Shown here: piece after piece, positions 23,183-36,119 of the stretch
How the letters are laid out: each line of letters starts with the position of its first letter
Numbering within the stretch: position 1 is the first letter of the stretch
Source of the DNA: Vicugna vicugna
Taxonomy: Eukaryota
DNA: 64,000 bases
NCBI GenBank assembly: GCA_013265495.1
Contig: MU058337.1
Location: 6,802,716 to 6,866,715 of the forward strand
Reading direction: 5' to 3'
Made by a program: the position numbers and the translations under genes
The notes under the pieces: generated by a model
The model's database searches: none
What the model saw: the letters and a program-made list of their open reading frames with translations, nothing else
What the model was told of the DNA's origin: nothing

Positions 23183-24255
23183 CCAGTTTTCAGACTCTAG
23201 TGTGCACAAAACCACTGAGATGCTTGTTTAAAGTGCATAGTCCTGAGGCTCCCTACCAGAGATTCCAAGGAAATGCACAGGAATTTGCATTTTTAAAAAA
23301 TAACAAATGTTTCCAACTGACTTTATTTTTTAGAAAAGCTTTAGATTTACAGAAAAATTGAGAAGATAGTACAAAGAGTTCTCATAAACCCTACACCCAC
23401 CCAGCTTCCCCAATTAGCAAACCAATATTGATACATTATTATGAACTAAAATCCATGCTTTATTCAGTTTCCTTAGTGTTTACCTACCTGTCCTTTTTCT
23501 GTCCAGGATCCCATCCAGGATAGCACGTCACATTTACTTGTCACGTCTCTTTAGGCTTTTCTTGGCTGTGACAGTTTTTCAGACTTTCCTTGTTCTGATG
23601 ACCTTGATATTCATGAGGAGTACTGGTCAAGCAGTTTGGAACTTGCCTGATGCTTTTCTCATGATTCAGGTGGTGGATTGTCAGGAGGAAGACCACAGGG
23701 CTAAAATGCCTTTTTCATCACTTTGTAGCAAGTGTACATACTGTCAACCTGCCTCCTCACTGTTTGTGTTGACCTATCACCTGGCTGAAGTAGTGTTACA
23801 TTTCTCTACTGTAAAATTAATCACACACACACACACACACACAAACCTTTTCACACTGTCTTCTTTGGAAGGAAGCCTTCTGTGCAGCCCACACTGAGGG
23901 GGGAGTTAGGTTCCACCTCTCTGAGGACAGAATATCCATATAAAATATTTGGGATTCTTCTGCACAGGAGATTTGTCTCTCCTCCTCCATTTACTTATTC
24001 CATCATTTATTTACACCAGTATGGGCTCATGGATATCTATTTTATACTTTGGATTATCACCCAATACTCCTTTATTTGTTTTGTGGCTTAAGTTGTCCCA
24101 ACTTTGGCCACTGGGAGCTCTTTCAGTTGGCTCCTGTGTCCCAGCCCAGCCCCCTGCTCCACCCCCATCCCATGTGGTTTTGAGTCAGCATTTTTAACAA
24201 AATCCCTGAGCAATTCTGATGCAGGTGGTCCAAGGGTTGCACTGGGAGAAATGCG
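23183..24255. mobile_element. MER5A-like DNA transposon split by an L1MC-like insertion
   Basis: The left half ends caggaatttgcatttttaa. The right half resumes gcatttttaacaaaatccctgagcaattctgatgcaggtggtcca...gagaaa. Confidence 0.7.
23297..24187 (-). mobile_element. L1MC-like 3' fragment
   Basis: gactttattttttagaaaagctttagatttacagaaaaattgagaagatagtac...caggatcccatccaggata...gaggagtactggtca, flanked by gcatttttaa direct repeats. Confidence 0.85.
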
Positions 24256-24394
24256 CATTGAATGAATGGATAGGATTCTCTGCTAACTACAGAATACCAC
24301 GCATTCGCTGACACCTTCAGCAAGCAGGTGAGGAGTGATTCCTCTGCAATCACCATTCCACAGATACACTGAGTGTCATCTCCCTGCCTCGTCC

Positions 24395-24886
24395 TGTTAC
24401 CCACTGGATTCCTTTGCTGGACACACAGCAAAAACTAAAATACGGAGATGCCAAGATCTGCAACAAAGAGCATTTATTCACAAGGCAGCCAAGCTTGGAA
24501 ACAAATCTTAGACCCGCCTCCCTGAAGGCGAGGGGCTGAGGTATTTATGGAATAAGGAATAAAGAAGCAGCGCAGTCTGAAGTGTAGAGAAAAGTGGAAA
24601 AAAGTGCGACAATGGTTCTGCGCAGGTGTAACTAGGCTGCAGGCCTCTGCATGTTCTAAAGGGCGGGCGCGGCACTCGCACATGCCCAGTTGGAGGGTCT
24701 ATGGTCTTGCCCAGTCCGAACCAGCTTCGCTGAACTAGACACAGCTGACTTCAGGTTTCTGGAAAACAACTCAGGCAAACGTCTTATTGTTTAGGCTACA
24801 TGCCGCTTGGAGAACATGCCAGTCTTAAAACGACCTTGATCAGTGAAGGCAGGTGAGATGGACTTGACTTATTACCCAGAGTTTTA
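24395..24886 (-). mobile_element. ERV1-class solo LTR
   Basis: tgttac start, minus-strand AATAAA (tttatt, ~24473), CpG-retaining body, near-TSD gtcc/ctcc. Confidence 0.65.
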
Positions 24887-26089
24887 CTCCCTGCCAGGCA
24901 TTATGATGGATGCTGGAAATGCAGAACTTGCCCGGAAATTCAGGCTCGGGAATGGACATGCAGTGGAGGAAATATGGATGTGGTTAACATGAGAGAGGAC
25001 AAGAGGTACCTACCAATCCTTTGACCTGTCCTGGAGACTATAGACAAGGACATGCTAAGACTGAGAGAGGAGCAGTGTCCCAGAGGATGGGGTGGGGGTG
25101 CTCAAAAGCACCCATGGAAGGCTTGTAATTAAACAGGAAGAAAATGCTTTATCTTCTGCAACTGAAGAAAAGGAAATTGGCTATAGAAATTTTTATAGAT
25201 GGGGGCATGTTTGTAATGTGATTTTAATTTTCTTGGTGAAACAGGAATCCAGGTCATCCTTACTTAGCGTGAAGGGTTTGAGTTCAAACACAGGGCCTGG
25301 GAGGCCATTAAAGGTTTGAGATAGTGGTTGGAAGTGCATCAGTTTGAATCTGAATCATATGAGACTAGAGAACTAACTATAAAGAACTGTTAACTACTTT
25401 AAAGTTAAAACTGAACGCCAAGATATCACAGAGGAAGCAGCTACCACCTCGCGGGGCGGGCAAACAAAGGCAGATGGGTAGAATTACAAAAACCTTAAAT
25501 CTTAGAGGAGTGGTCCTATGGGACTGGGATCCAGCCCTCTGAGGAGGGAGTGCTGGCTGGCTGGTGATGTTCGGGGAGCAATGAAACTGTCTCTGTAGGT
25601 GCTGAAACAACTGGAAACTGGATTCAGCTGCTGCTACAGGAAAGCACTGCCCCTGCCAGGCAAAGAGGCGTTGCCCAGGTTTTGCTCGGAAGAACCACAG
25701 GCAGAACGGAGGTCGCAAGTCCCTCCTTCCTCCAGGCTTGCAGCCTTCCTGTAATGCCCCTAACTGGGAGAGCCCAACATGTGGTTTGCAGAGTCTCAGC
25801 CCAGTGTCATGAGCCAAGTAGAGAAGGTCTGGAGCTGAGAGGCAGTGACCATCATGGGGAAGCCATCCTTCAACTGCAAGAGAGAACTTTAGGGACTATA
25901 CACATGTGAGTCTGTATACTGGCTGAATTTCTTTCCTCCCATGTCTGAGAATCATTTCTTGTTCTAGACCCCTTGCCATGTTGGAGCTTTCTTCTCATCC
26001 CAGGGCTCAGCCACTGGTTCCCTTGGTTGTTAATCCTCTCACAGAAAATCCCTGTTGGACTATCTAGTTCAGAAAGAACTAAACAAGGG

Positions 26090-26520
26090 TTACAAGTGTC
26101 CATCCACCAGATGAACGAATAAACCAAGTGTCACATATACATACAATGGAATTCAGCCTTGAAAGGGAAGACAGTTCTGACGCATGCTAAAACCTAGGTG
26201 AACCTTGAGGACATTATATAAGCCACTTACAAACAAATATTGTGATTCTACTTATAATGAGGTCCCTGAAGTATGAAGTAGTCCAATTCATAGAGGCAGA
26301 AAGTAGAACAGTGGGTGCCAGGGGCAGGGGTGGGTAGGGAGGAATGGGGAGTTGTTTAATGGGTACAAAGTTTCAGTTTTGCAAGATGAAAAATATTCTG
26401 GAGATGGATGGTGGTAATGGTGGCACAACAATGCAAATGCACTAAATGCAACTTAAAAATGGTTAAGATGGTGAATTTTATGTTATATGTATTTTACCAC
26501 GATTACTTATTTTTAAAAAG
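26090..26520 (+). mobile_element. L1MB-like 3' end
   Basis: caagtgtccatccaccagatgaacgaataaac...aaaatggttaagatggtgaattttatgttatatgtattttaccac. Confidence 0.88.
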
Positions 26521-26867
26521 GAACTAAAAGGTTCCAACTGGAAGCTCTGGGTGGGTAGCCCCGCACCTGATATGTCACAGGTCTGCATCTTCCCATGGTG
26601 ATTCCTGCCTCATCTCACCTTCCTCAGCTGCATTTTCCAGGCTTTGCTTTGGAAGTTCCAACGGGCTTGTGCCCTTGTTTGCTCTGCTGCACACCCACCT
26701 CCCCACCAGATGTATACGTGTAGGGACAGCCTTCCCTTATAGTTTTCTTGTGAATGATGCGTTATTTCAGTGCATGATAATAACAGCTAATTTTTTTGCA
26801 GTTAAAGTTTAGATTAATATGTTTATTTTAACAACACAAATTTTATTTAAACCACTGGCTATATTTA

Positions 26868-27400
26868 ATTTTATTTATTTTATTATTTTTTATCAAAGCA
26901 TAATTGTACAATATTATGTAAGTTACAGGTGTACAATACAGTGAGTCACAATTTTTAAAGGCTTTATTACACTTATAGTTATTTTAAACCACCAGCTATG
27001 TTCTCTGTGTTATAAAATATATCCTTGTAGTTTATTTTATACCCAATAGTTTGTACCTCTTAATCCCCTACCCCTATGTTGCCCTTCCCCCCTTCCCTCT
27101 CCCTGCTGGTGGCCGCTAATTTGTTCTCTATACCTGGGAGTCTGCTTCTTTTTTGTTATATTCATTAGTTTGTTGTATTTAGATTCCACTTATAAGTGAT
27201 ATCATATAGTATTTGTCTTTCTCTGACTTACTTCACTTAGCATAAACACCATCTGAGTTCATCCATGCTGCTGCAAATGGCAAAATTTCATTCTTTTTTG
27301 TCCTGAGTAGTAGTCCATGGTGTATATATACCACATCTTTATCCATTCATCTGTTGATGGACACTTAGGTTGCTTCCATATCTTGGTGAATGTAAATTAT
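26868..27400 (-). mobile_element. L1 3' end
   Basis: T-rich tail, gtaagttacaggtgtacaatacagtgagtcacaattttt...agattccacttataagtgatatcata...ctgttgatggacacttaggttgcttcc. Confidence 0.9.
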
Positions 27401-27409
27401 GAATAATTG

Positions 27410-27620
27410 CTAGTATGAATTGGGTATTTACAATATGCCAGGCACATTTATTGTCCACATCAAACATCTGTGTAGACACTGTTCTCATCTTCATTTTACA
27501 GCTCAAGACACTGAAGTTCAGGTGGATTGTGACCCGCCTTAGGTCACCTATCTGCTGAGTGGAGAAGCCAGGACTGACCTGGTTCTCTGATTCCAGACTG
27601 TGCCTTTAACCACTGGACTC
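27410..27620 (-). mobile_element. MIR SINE
   Basis: atgccaggcac...cattttacagctcaagacactgaagttcag...aggtcac...tctgattccagactgtgcctttaaccact. Confidence 0.75.
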
Positions 27621-27639
27621 TACCGCCCCCTGGTGGATC
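27621..27639 (-). promoter_or_regulatory. Candidate CTCF site
   Basis: The minus strand reads TCCACCAGGGGGCGGTA, close to the CTCF core CCACCAGGGGGCGC. Confidence 0.55.
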
Positions 27640-28664
27640 CCCTGGTCTTGCACTGTCTCACGGACACCTTGTCCTCAGGTAGGAGCCCCAGCTTCTCGCC
27701 TACTTGGTAAGAAGACATTTCACAGTCGTTAGGTTATGCATTAGTAGTGCTTCCATTATTTTATGCAGCACACCCCTTCTTTCAGCCCTGGCACCACACC
27801 GGCTGTTAGTTACAGGGAGTGGCAGCCGTGGCTGAGTTTTGCCTAGTGAACCTCTCCAGATTCTCACCTCCCTGAGCAGTTCTGGTAGTTTCCAAGGCTT
27901 GGGGCAAGATTATCATATGTTGGTTACAATGGCCTTTCAATTCCTGCAGGAGCATCCCTGATGGATTTCAGAGTTTTCCTAAGCCTCTCTGGCTGTATTG
28001 ATCCTGAGAATGGTAAAGAAGCTTCTGGATTTCTATATCCCAGTCACATGAGTGTTGTTTGTTTTTTTTTTTTTTTGGTGTAAACAACTCTTCAAATGTC
28101 TCTCTTGATCTGAACTGTCTGTGTGGGGTTCTTAGTGGGGCATCTATCCTTTGAGAAGTGCCTTTTCCATACCACTGTGGCTGTCTTCAGAATTTCTGAC
28201 AGGTAAATCCAGGAATATTGGGTGGTGCAGATACCTTTTGTTGTTCGAGTCAGGATTCAATGATGTTCATGCATCGCATTGGGTAGTTGTGTTAGATTAG
28301 TCTATTTTAGTCTAGAATAATCCTTCTCCTCGCCTTCTCGGTTTTTTTCTATTGTTGTCACCCGGAACTTTTTGGGAGGTTGGGTGAGTTGTTTTAGATT
28401 GTCTCCCGTGTGGAATTTGTCGAATAGTTTCTCCATTTCTGGATTCAGGTTAGGTACTTTTGGCAAGATTACTTTGTAGATGATGTTTTGTACTTATTGC
28501 CTCATATCTGGAGGCACAAAAGCCTTGTGTGGGAATTGCACACTCAAGAAATATACATTGAGAGTGTATCGTGTGTTGGGCTGAGCACTCTGTTTTCCAG
28601 TGAGGACCCATGGGAGCCATTAATAGTGATGGTGAGGTGAAGAGATAAGGAAAACAGAAGGGCA

Positions 28665-29155
28665 GGTTTATCAAGCAGGAATAAGTTTGGCTACACTTAA
28701 TAGAAAACTCACAGCAGAACCAAACAGAGGTTTGATTTTTCTCACACATCTGCAAGACGGGAGGCAAGCAGTCCAGAATTGATATGATAGCTCCACCATA
28801 TTCAGAGTGTCTCTCCCTCTCCCTTTCATCTGCCATCATTAGGGTGTGGCTGAAGTTCCCATGGATCCAGGATGGTGCCTGCCCCCAGACAGTGTGACCC
28901 CCTTCCCGGCAGGAAGGAGAAAAGGGTGTGCTCACTGACTCTGCCCTTCTTTGAAGGAGCTTTCCCAGAAGGGCACCCAAAGATTCTGCTCACAGCTCAT
29001 TGGTTGGGACTGGTTCACATGCTCAACCCAGTAGGCAGGCTTGTCTGGGAAATGCACTTGTTGGGAATATTGTTACCCTTAACAAAAACAGAGTTCTGTT
29101 AGTAAGGAAGAAGGGGAGAATGGATATTAGGTAGGCAATTAGCATTCTTTGCTAT
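28665..29155 (-). mobile_element. MaLR LTR (MLT1J-like)
   Basis: aggcaagcagtccag...gagctttcccagaag...gttctgttagtaaggaagaaggggagaatggatattaggtaggcaa. Confidence 0.75.
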
Positions 29156-29227
29156 GGAGGATAAGGCAGATTTTTAATGGCTGGAGGCAACTACTCAGAT
29201 AATATATGAGAATTAAAAATTTTCGGT

Positions 29228-29378
29228 GGGGAGGGTGTAGCTCAGTAGTAGAGTACATGCCTAGCATGCACCAGGTCCGGGGTTGAATCCCCAGTACCTC
29301 CATTAAAGATAAATAAATTAAAAACAAAACAAAACAAAACCTAAGTACCTCAAATACACAAAAAAAAAGTTAAAAAAT
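29228..29378 (+). mobile_element. tRNA-Ala-derived camelid SINE (Vic-1-type)
   Basis: ggggagggtgtagctcagtagtagagtacatgcctagcatgcaccaggtccggggttgaatccccagtacctcc plus an A-rich tail with cctaagtacc. Confidence 0.9.
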
Positions 29379-29449
29379 ATTTTTTCCACCAACCTAGGAA
29401 AAAAATTGATTTTAGCCATAGTAACAAGGAGCCAATAGAACCTGTTTTA

Positions 29450-29826
29450 CATTCTTTTTTATTGATCAATGACAACTTGCCTCAGCGATACACTTTTACA
29501 AGCTAACCAATCAGTTCAATCCCTAGCTTATGAAAATCAGCCAGAGATTGACTCAGTTTAATAAACACACCTCTCAGTGCCAACCAATCACCCCTGTGCT
29601 CAGTCAGCAATCACACTCCTACAGATGACGGTAACCCGCCTGTGCCTCCGGGGTCTCTCAATCGCTGAGCTTGGTGCTCCCAAAACTCTGTAAGAGTCAA
29701 CCCTATAATCTGCTCAGAGAGACCCAGTCTAACCAGCATAGCTCTCCTTTACTGTAGTAGGCAACAAACTCAGCTTTTCCTTATTTCAGGTCCTGTTATA
29801 ATCAAGCAGAATCGTGTCTTTTAACT
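29450..29826 (+). mobile_element. Probable old ERV LTR (MER110-like)
   Basis: Repeated ccaatca motifs, then a TATA-like ctataa and a terminal caaactcagctttt...ttttaac. Confidence 0.4.
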
Positions 29827-30167
29827 TGTTTGTATCCTCCACGGAGGACTCATTCCCCAAGCAAAGCCTTCAAACATCTCCACCCGTAGCCTCAGTGGCT
29901 CAGACCCCAAAGTGTGCAGATGTCAGCAGCACAGACTGATGAAGAAAGAGACAAATGGGGACCCCGAGCTCCTGATGTTGGAGAGCCATCCAGGTGCAAG
30001 GTTATCCCCAGAAGTGAGTAGCCAGGATGGTCTGAAGGAACATGATAAATTTGGGCTTGATTTCCTATCCAGAGGGTGCAATCTAGAAGGGGAAATTAGG
30101 AGGTAATTCCAGACGGATGTTGACATTTGCGGTGCTCTGTCTCTTTAGAGATCTCACGCTTATTGTT

Positions 30168-30189
30168 CTTTTTGGGGGGGGTAATTAGG
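30168..30189 (-). mobile_element. 22-bp 5'-truncated Vic-1-type SINE tail
   Basis: The minus strand reads cctaattaccccccccaaaaag, matching the SINE tail near 8124-8146. Perfect 14-bp TSD tcacgcttattgtt at 30154-30167 and 30190-30203. Confidence 0.8.
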
Positions 30190-30332
30190 TCACGCTTATT
30201 GTTAAGGGAAAAGGGGGAACGGTTCAGGGTAGGAGCAGGCACACCACCGTCTAGGGGCCCATCTGCTTCCCCTCCTGCCCAGCTGCTCCCCACCCCCACC
30301 TGCCATGGTTACATTTCTGGGGGTGGAATAGC

Positions 30333-30830
30333 CTTTTTTGTTGTGCTAGTAAACTATATATATTATAAAATTTACCATTTTAACTGTTTTTAAGAGTACA
30401 GTTCAGTGGCATTAAGTACATGCTCAGTGTCGGACAACGATCACCACTAAGCATTTCCAGAACTTTTTCATCACCCCCAACAGAAACTTTATACCCGTTA
30501 AACAATAACTCCCCATTCCTCCGTCCCTCCAGCCCCTGGCAATCACTGTTCTATTTTCTGTCTTACTAATTTGCCTACTCTAAGTACCTCCTGTAAGTGG
30601 AATGACACAGTATTCGTCCTTTTGTGTCTGGCTAAGCATAATGTCCTCAAGGTTCATCCACGTTGTACCGTGTGTCAGAATTTTGTTCCTTTTTAAAGCT
30701 GAAGACTATTCCATTGTGTGTATAGACCCCATTTGGCTTATCCATTCAGCCATCCATCTAGAAACTCTTGAGTTGTTTTCACTTTTTGGTGATTGTGAAT
30801 AATGCTGCCAAGAACGTGGGTGTACAAATA
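30333..30830 (-). mobile_element. L1MB/L1MA-like 3' end
   Basis: aaaatttaccattttaactgtttttaagagtacagttcagtggcattaagtaca...gtgaataatgctgccaagaacgtgggtgtacaaata. Confidence 0.88.
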
Positions 30831-30834
30831 TAAG

Positions 30835-30956
30835 TGGTTGCATTTTAAATGGTTATATAAGCGACTAACATAATATTCTCTCATTTGCCTCTTAGCATTC
30901 AAAGCCTAAAATATTTACTATCTGACCCTCTACAGGAAAAGTATGTCAACCCCTAG
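30835..30956 (+). mobile_element. MER58-like hAT fragment (3' end)
   Basis: caaagcctaaaatatttactatctgaccctctacaggaaaagtatgtcaaccccta. Confidence 0.7.
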
Positions 30957-31074
30957 TTTAAGGGATGTGTTCAGGACAGAGAGCGATCCTAGCAGAAGCC
31001 CAGTGATGTTGGCTTGTTGAATGAGGAGGAGAGGAGGGAAGAGCTATTACTCGGTGGAATGAATGTTTGGGGCT

Positions 31075-31462
31075 TGTCTTACTCTGCTCAGGCCACCGCA
31101 ACAAAGGACCACAGCCCGGTGGGCAGAACACAACAGAACCTTGTGTCCTCACAGTTCCAGAGACTAGAAGTCCGAGGTCAAGGTGGCAGCAGGGTTGGTT
31201 TCTTCTGAAGCCTCTTTCCTGGCTTGCAGACGCCGCCTTCTCCCTGTGTCCTCACGTGGTGTTTCCTCTGTGTATGTCTGAGTCCTAATCTCCTCTTCTT
31301 ACAAGGACACAAATCTTGCTAGGATCAGGGCCCACCTTAATGACCTCGTTTAATCTTCATTGCCTTTTAAAAAGCCCTGTCTCTAAATATAGTCACATTC
31401 TGAGCTACTGGAGGTGAGAGCTCTAACACATGAAGTTGGAGGGACACGATTGAGCCTGTAAC
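31075..31462 (-). mobile_element. MaLR LTR (MLT1B-like)
   Basis: ctcacagttccagagactagaagtccgaggtcaaggtggcagcaggg...aatatagtcacattctgag. Confidence 0.85.
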
Positions 31463-34409
31463 CGGGGCCCGTGCTCCACCCGGGGAAGTACCAGGCCTTT
31501 AACAGCACAGTGGGTTCTTGACCCGACCTGGTGGCAGTGGTGCTGGGAGTGAGGAGACACGACCCGATGTCCTCCTGCCCTCATGGAGGCTGGCTCAGGA
31601 ACTGGACAGGCCTGAGGCTGCCAGTGGAGAAAACTCACCGTCACAGGGCTTGCTGAGGACAAGTGCTAAAGACTTCCTTTTTGACAGATTGTGTTTTTGT
31701 TCATCAAGCAATTAATGGCAGAATTTCCTAGATTTTTTTTTCTGATGACAATAAAGAGAAATCCGGTATAATTTTAGCAGCAATTAACCTGAATTCACAC
31801 AGGAGCGTTCTGCCCTGCCGTGAGCCAGCTACAGCAAGTGCGGCCAGTCCAGTTTTCTGCTGGGAATTCTGCTCCCACACCTGTCTCTGGCCTGCGACTG
31901 TCGTCATGACCCTCATCTCGTCCACGGTTAGTTATCTCTTCTCTATTTCAGAAAGTCATGACGAGAGGACACTTTGAAGGAATGTGACCAGATACACTTT
32001 GGGGCTAGGAGATGACCCTGCCACTCAGTGGAGGCAACTGAGGCCAAACTCATGTCACATTTTTCTTTCTTCTGTCTGGTCCAGAGGCAGAAAAATGCTA
32101 CAGTTACTGAGCTATGCTATGAAATAAAAGGAAAGAAAGGGAAAAAATGCCCGCAGGTCCCCACACTTCAAACCCCACCGATGGAACAAGAATAGAACCT
32201 TTGAAAAGTTTAGAACAAACATTCCACATGGACTGACCTTGTTTCGTTTTAGGACACTGGATGGGATTCTAGTCAGATGAATTTGAAGCAGCAGAGATAA
32301 AAGATCCAATTACAAAAACTATAATAACAGTCCTTTTAAAACACCTTAAAACCAGCAGAATGTTTCTAGTGCCCCAAACTGCTTCGGCGAGTGTAGAATG
32401 GTTTGTTTAAGCTGGTGGTTCTTGATATGACAGGAGAAGCTACTTACTTCCAAACTACGCTGCTCGCTCAACTTACATATACAATGCACTCTTCTCCTGA
32501 ATGTCCTCTCTCTGTCCTTTGTTCCCTGGAACAGCTGTTTTCAGCAGCACTTCTCATTGTCTCTCTTTGAATATGTTTTCTTGGCCCCTCCCTTTCTCGC
32601 CACAGCTTCTCCTAGTTCTGACTTCATTCATTTCTCTCAATTTTCAGGTTCAATATCCTCACCTATTTAGAGCTCACATCCCCCGTGTAAGGAAGCACCA
32701 GGACCTCTGAATTTAGTCCTAGAATTAAAATCTGGTGCATCAGGTGGCTGATCTCTAGGGGCTTTAATTCTGTCCCTTGGGTGCCCCCCAACCCATGGTG
32801 GGGGTCACACTGTCAGGTGACTTTATACAGCGTCTGGCACATAGAATGTAGTCAGTAATGTTAGATACCATTATTGAAAGGCAGGCTAGACTGAGCAAGA
32901 CTTCACTGGAAGCTGGTGAAGATGAACAGGTAACTAACAAGGAACAGAAATACAGCCTGTCTTAGAAAGAAACTCTAAGACCACCTTAGCTTTCCTTTTG
33001 TCCTTGAGGCTTACAGTCCATTCCCTTTGCACAAGGGATCCCAAAGAAAGAGTGCTCCTGGCCTGTCTCCCTAGAGGGTCCCCCCTGATTTCCACCACCA
33101 GTTCTTCCTGGACACCTTGACCTCTCTGTAATTAGACCCAAAAGAAATGGTGTCTTTTCATCACTTGGGGCCTCCCTCCCAATTTTAGTTTCTGATCTGG
33201 AAGATTTACCTTTCTCCTGGGTATTGGATCCTCCTTCCTTCCCTACCCTCCGTTCTCAGTTGTGGGTCCCCAGTACAGAGATGTCTGGCTCCAGCTCTAG
33301 CACTGGTCCAGCTGTACAATATCTCGATCACATGACACCCATGGCAAACCCATGTAACTACACCTATGCAATAAAAGAAGGGTAGCTCCCTCAGAACCAG
33401 GTCTCACACTTTATCTTTTAAAGTATAACATGAAGACCTGCGTTTCAGATTGATTTGAATTGGGTTGAGATGATGTCCACTAATTTGTCCTAATGACTTA
33501 AAATTCATGGAATTATACAATGTTAAAAGGAGAGACCTAGAGATTTGAAACTGAAACTATGGAATTCCAGTTCAACCATGAAGTAGAACCATCATTCAAA
33601 TCAACTATGGAATTGAATTGAAGTGCCCATGTTCCCTCACGGGGAGTCATAAGAATTTGCTACTTCTTACATGTGATTTCATTAACTAAGATCAGATTGT
33701 GAAAGCTTGTATCTGGGAAGAGAATCTGAACAGGAAGGAAGAGTGAGAGGACTGTAAGGACAAAGGAATACTCAAAATATGGCTCCTGGAAACAATGTAT
33801 CTGCTTCCTAGTACTGTCTTTATCTCTGTCCTAAGATACTAGGCATGGTTTTGATGTCTTCCCCATCACCAATAGTCTGACCTTAATTAAGACCATGTAA
33901 GTGCATGTGTTCTATTCTCTTGTATGAAGACTCCTGCCCATCCAGCCTTGGTACCACCACTATTCTGTGAATAATCTCAATTTACAATTCTTGAGCTCTT
34001 TTCTAAGGCCAGCTCCTCCACTTTTGAACTCTATCTCATTAACTCTCAACTATTCAAGAATAGACACGATTCTTACTTTCTCCTGAAACCATTTTTCACT
34101 TCATTTTAGATCCTTTAAAAATATCCTGCCCCAAAATATATATCCTTTTATACTCCTCCTGCTTTCACACTATGTTTCTCTTCCCCTTTATGAAGAATCT
34201 CGGGGTTGGTACCTGCTGTGTCTGTTTCTTCATCTTCCAGTCTGTCTTCAACCCGTTCCAGGTAGACTTTTGACGCATGATTCACTGAAATCGCACTCAT
34301 TACGGTCACTGATGGCCTCTGCCTGGCAAGACCCGATGGTCAGTCCTTTGTAAGCATGTTTGACTCTGAGCCGTTTTGATCGGAGTTGATTATTCCCACC
34401 TTTTTTCTT

Positions 34410-36110
34410 ATAAGAAAAATTATGACTTTCATACAGTTCAAAGATCTAAAGATTAATATAATAAACATCAGTGTATCTGTTAGTCACTTAAAAAGTAGAG
34501 CACTGCCACTAGAAATTCTTGTGTGTCTTTCTCTGATCGCCTGCCTCCTGGATGTAATGACTCTCCTGGATTTTGTCCTTACGATCCCCTTGCTGTCCTG
34601 CATGGTTTCACTAGGTATGTGTGTATCTCTAATGATGTGTTATTATGTTTTGGTTTTATAAACTTTACATAAATAGTAACTTACTGCAGATGTCTTTGTA
34701 ACCTGCTTTTTTCTCTATACATTATTTTAATGAGATTTATTCATGATGTTGCTTGTAACTACAGCTTGTTTATACGGCTATGCAGTATCTATTACGTGCC
34801 TGTGTTAGTTGCCTACTGCTATATGACAAATTACTCCAAAATTTAGCAATATGAAACAACAAACAGTTTCTGTAAGTCAGGAATATAGGAGAGACCTAGC
34901 TGGGTTGTTCTAGCTCAGGATCTGCCATGAGGTTGCAGTCAAGATATTGGCTAAGTGCGGTCATCTGAAGGCTTGACTGGGACTGGAGACTTTGCTTCCA
35001 AGATGACTCACTCAGGAGACTGAGAGCAGGGACTGGTTGTTGGAAGGAGCCTCGGTTCCTTGCCATGTGGCTGTCACCACAGGGTTGGTTGAATATCCTT
35101 ACAACATGGTAGCCAGCTTCTTCCAGAGAGTGATCCAGCAGATCAAGGCAGAATTCACAATGACCTTGCCTCCGAGGTCACACACCATTATTTCTAAAAT
35201 ATCCTATTGGTTACAGAGTCAGCTCCATTCAGTGTGGGAGGGGACTTCACAAAGCACATGAATATCAGGAACTGACATCAGTGTCCATCCTGGAGGCTGA
35301 CTACCACTGTGACAATATCACAACTTATCTATTCTCTTGTTAATGACATTACTGTTTTTTCATTTTTTCCCCCAGTTATAAACAGCGCTTCTATGCTCAT
35401 TCTTTTCAGGTTTCCTAGTGCACATGAACAGGAGTTTCTCTAGAGGGAGACTGCTAGGCCATGGGGTATGTGCATCTTCAAATTTATTAGATAAAGCCAA
35501 AATTGCCCGAAGTGGTTTAACAATTTATACTCCTACCAGCAGTGAATATTTCCTATGCTCTATGTTCTTGCCAGTAGTTCATTTTGTCACATTTAAAAAT
35601 TTTTGCCAATCTGGTGGGTATAAAGTGATATCTTTTGCAGATTAAAATGTACATTTTTCCAGATTACTAATGAGGCTGAACATCTTTTCACATGTTTATT
35701 GCCTATCCAAGCTTCCTCTAATGAGCAATGCCTGCTTATGTCTTCTTCCCATTTCTTATTAGGTCATGCGTCTTTGTCATACTAATTTGTAGGAGTTCTT
35801 TTTCTGTTCTGAATTATTAAGAAGCCTCTGGTGATTATGTGATGCTCATATTTTCTCCTAGTTTGAGCTCTGTCTTTTTAGTTTTTAATACTGTTTTAAA
35901 ATGAGCAGAAGTATAGAGTGTCTTCTTTTGTCCCTCTGTGATATGTGCTATCTATGTCTTTTTAAAGACATTCTTCCATTGACTGAGGTCATACAAGTAT
36001 TTGTCTATTTTTCCTTCAGAAAGTTTGAAAGTTTTGCTCTTCACATATTGGCCTTTCATGCAGTGGCCCCTGTTTTTGCATGTTAGATGAGGTAGGGATT
36101 TAACTACAGT
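34410..36110 (-). mobile_element. Ancient L1 (L1ME-like) fragment interrupted by an MLT1 LTR
   Basis: L1 reverse-strand motifs on both sides of the LTR (tgagatttattcatgatgttgc; gattactaatgaggctgaacatcttttcacatgtttatt). Confidence 0.7.
34801..35307 (-). mobile_element. MaLR LTR (MLT1F/G-like)
   Basis: tgtgttagttgcctactgctatatgacaaattactccaaaatttagc...gtcatctgaaggcttgactgggactggag...catcctggaggctgactacca. Confidence 0.8.
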
Positions 36111-36119
36111 GTGTGTTGT

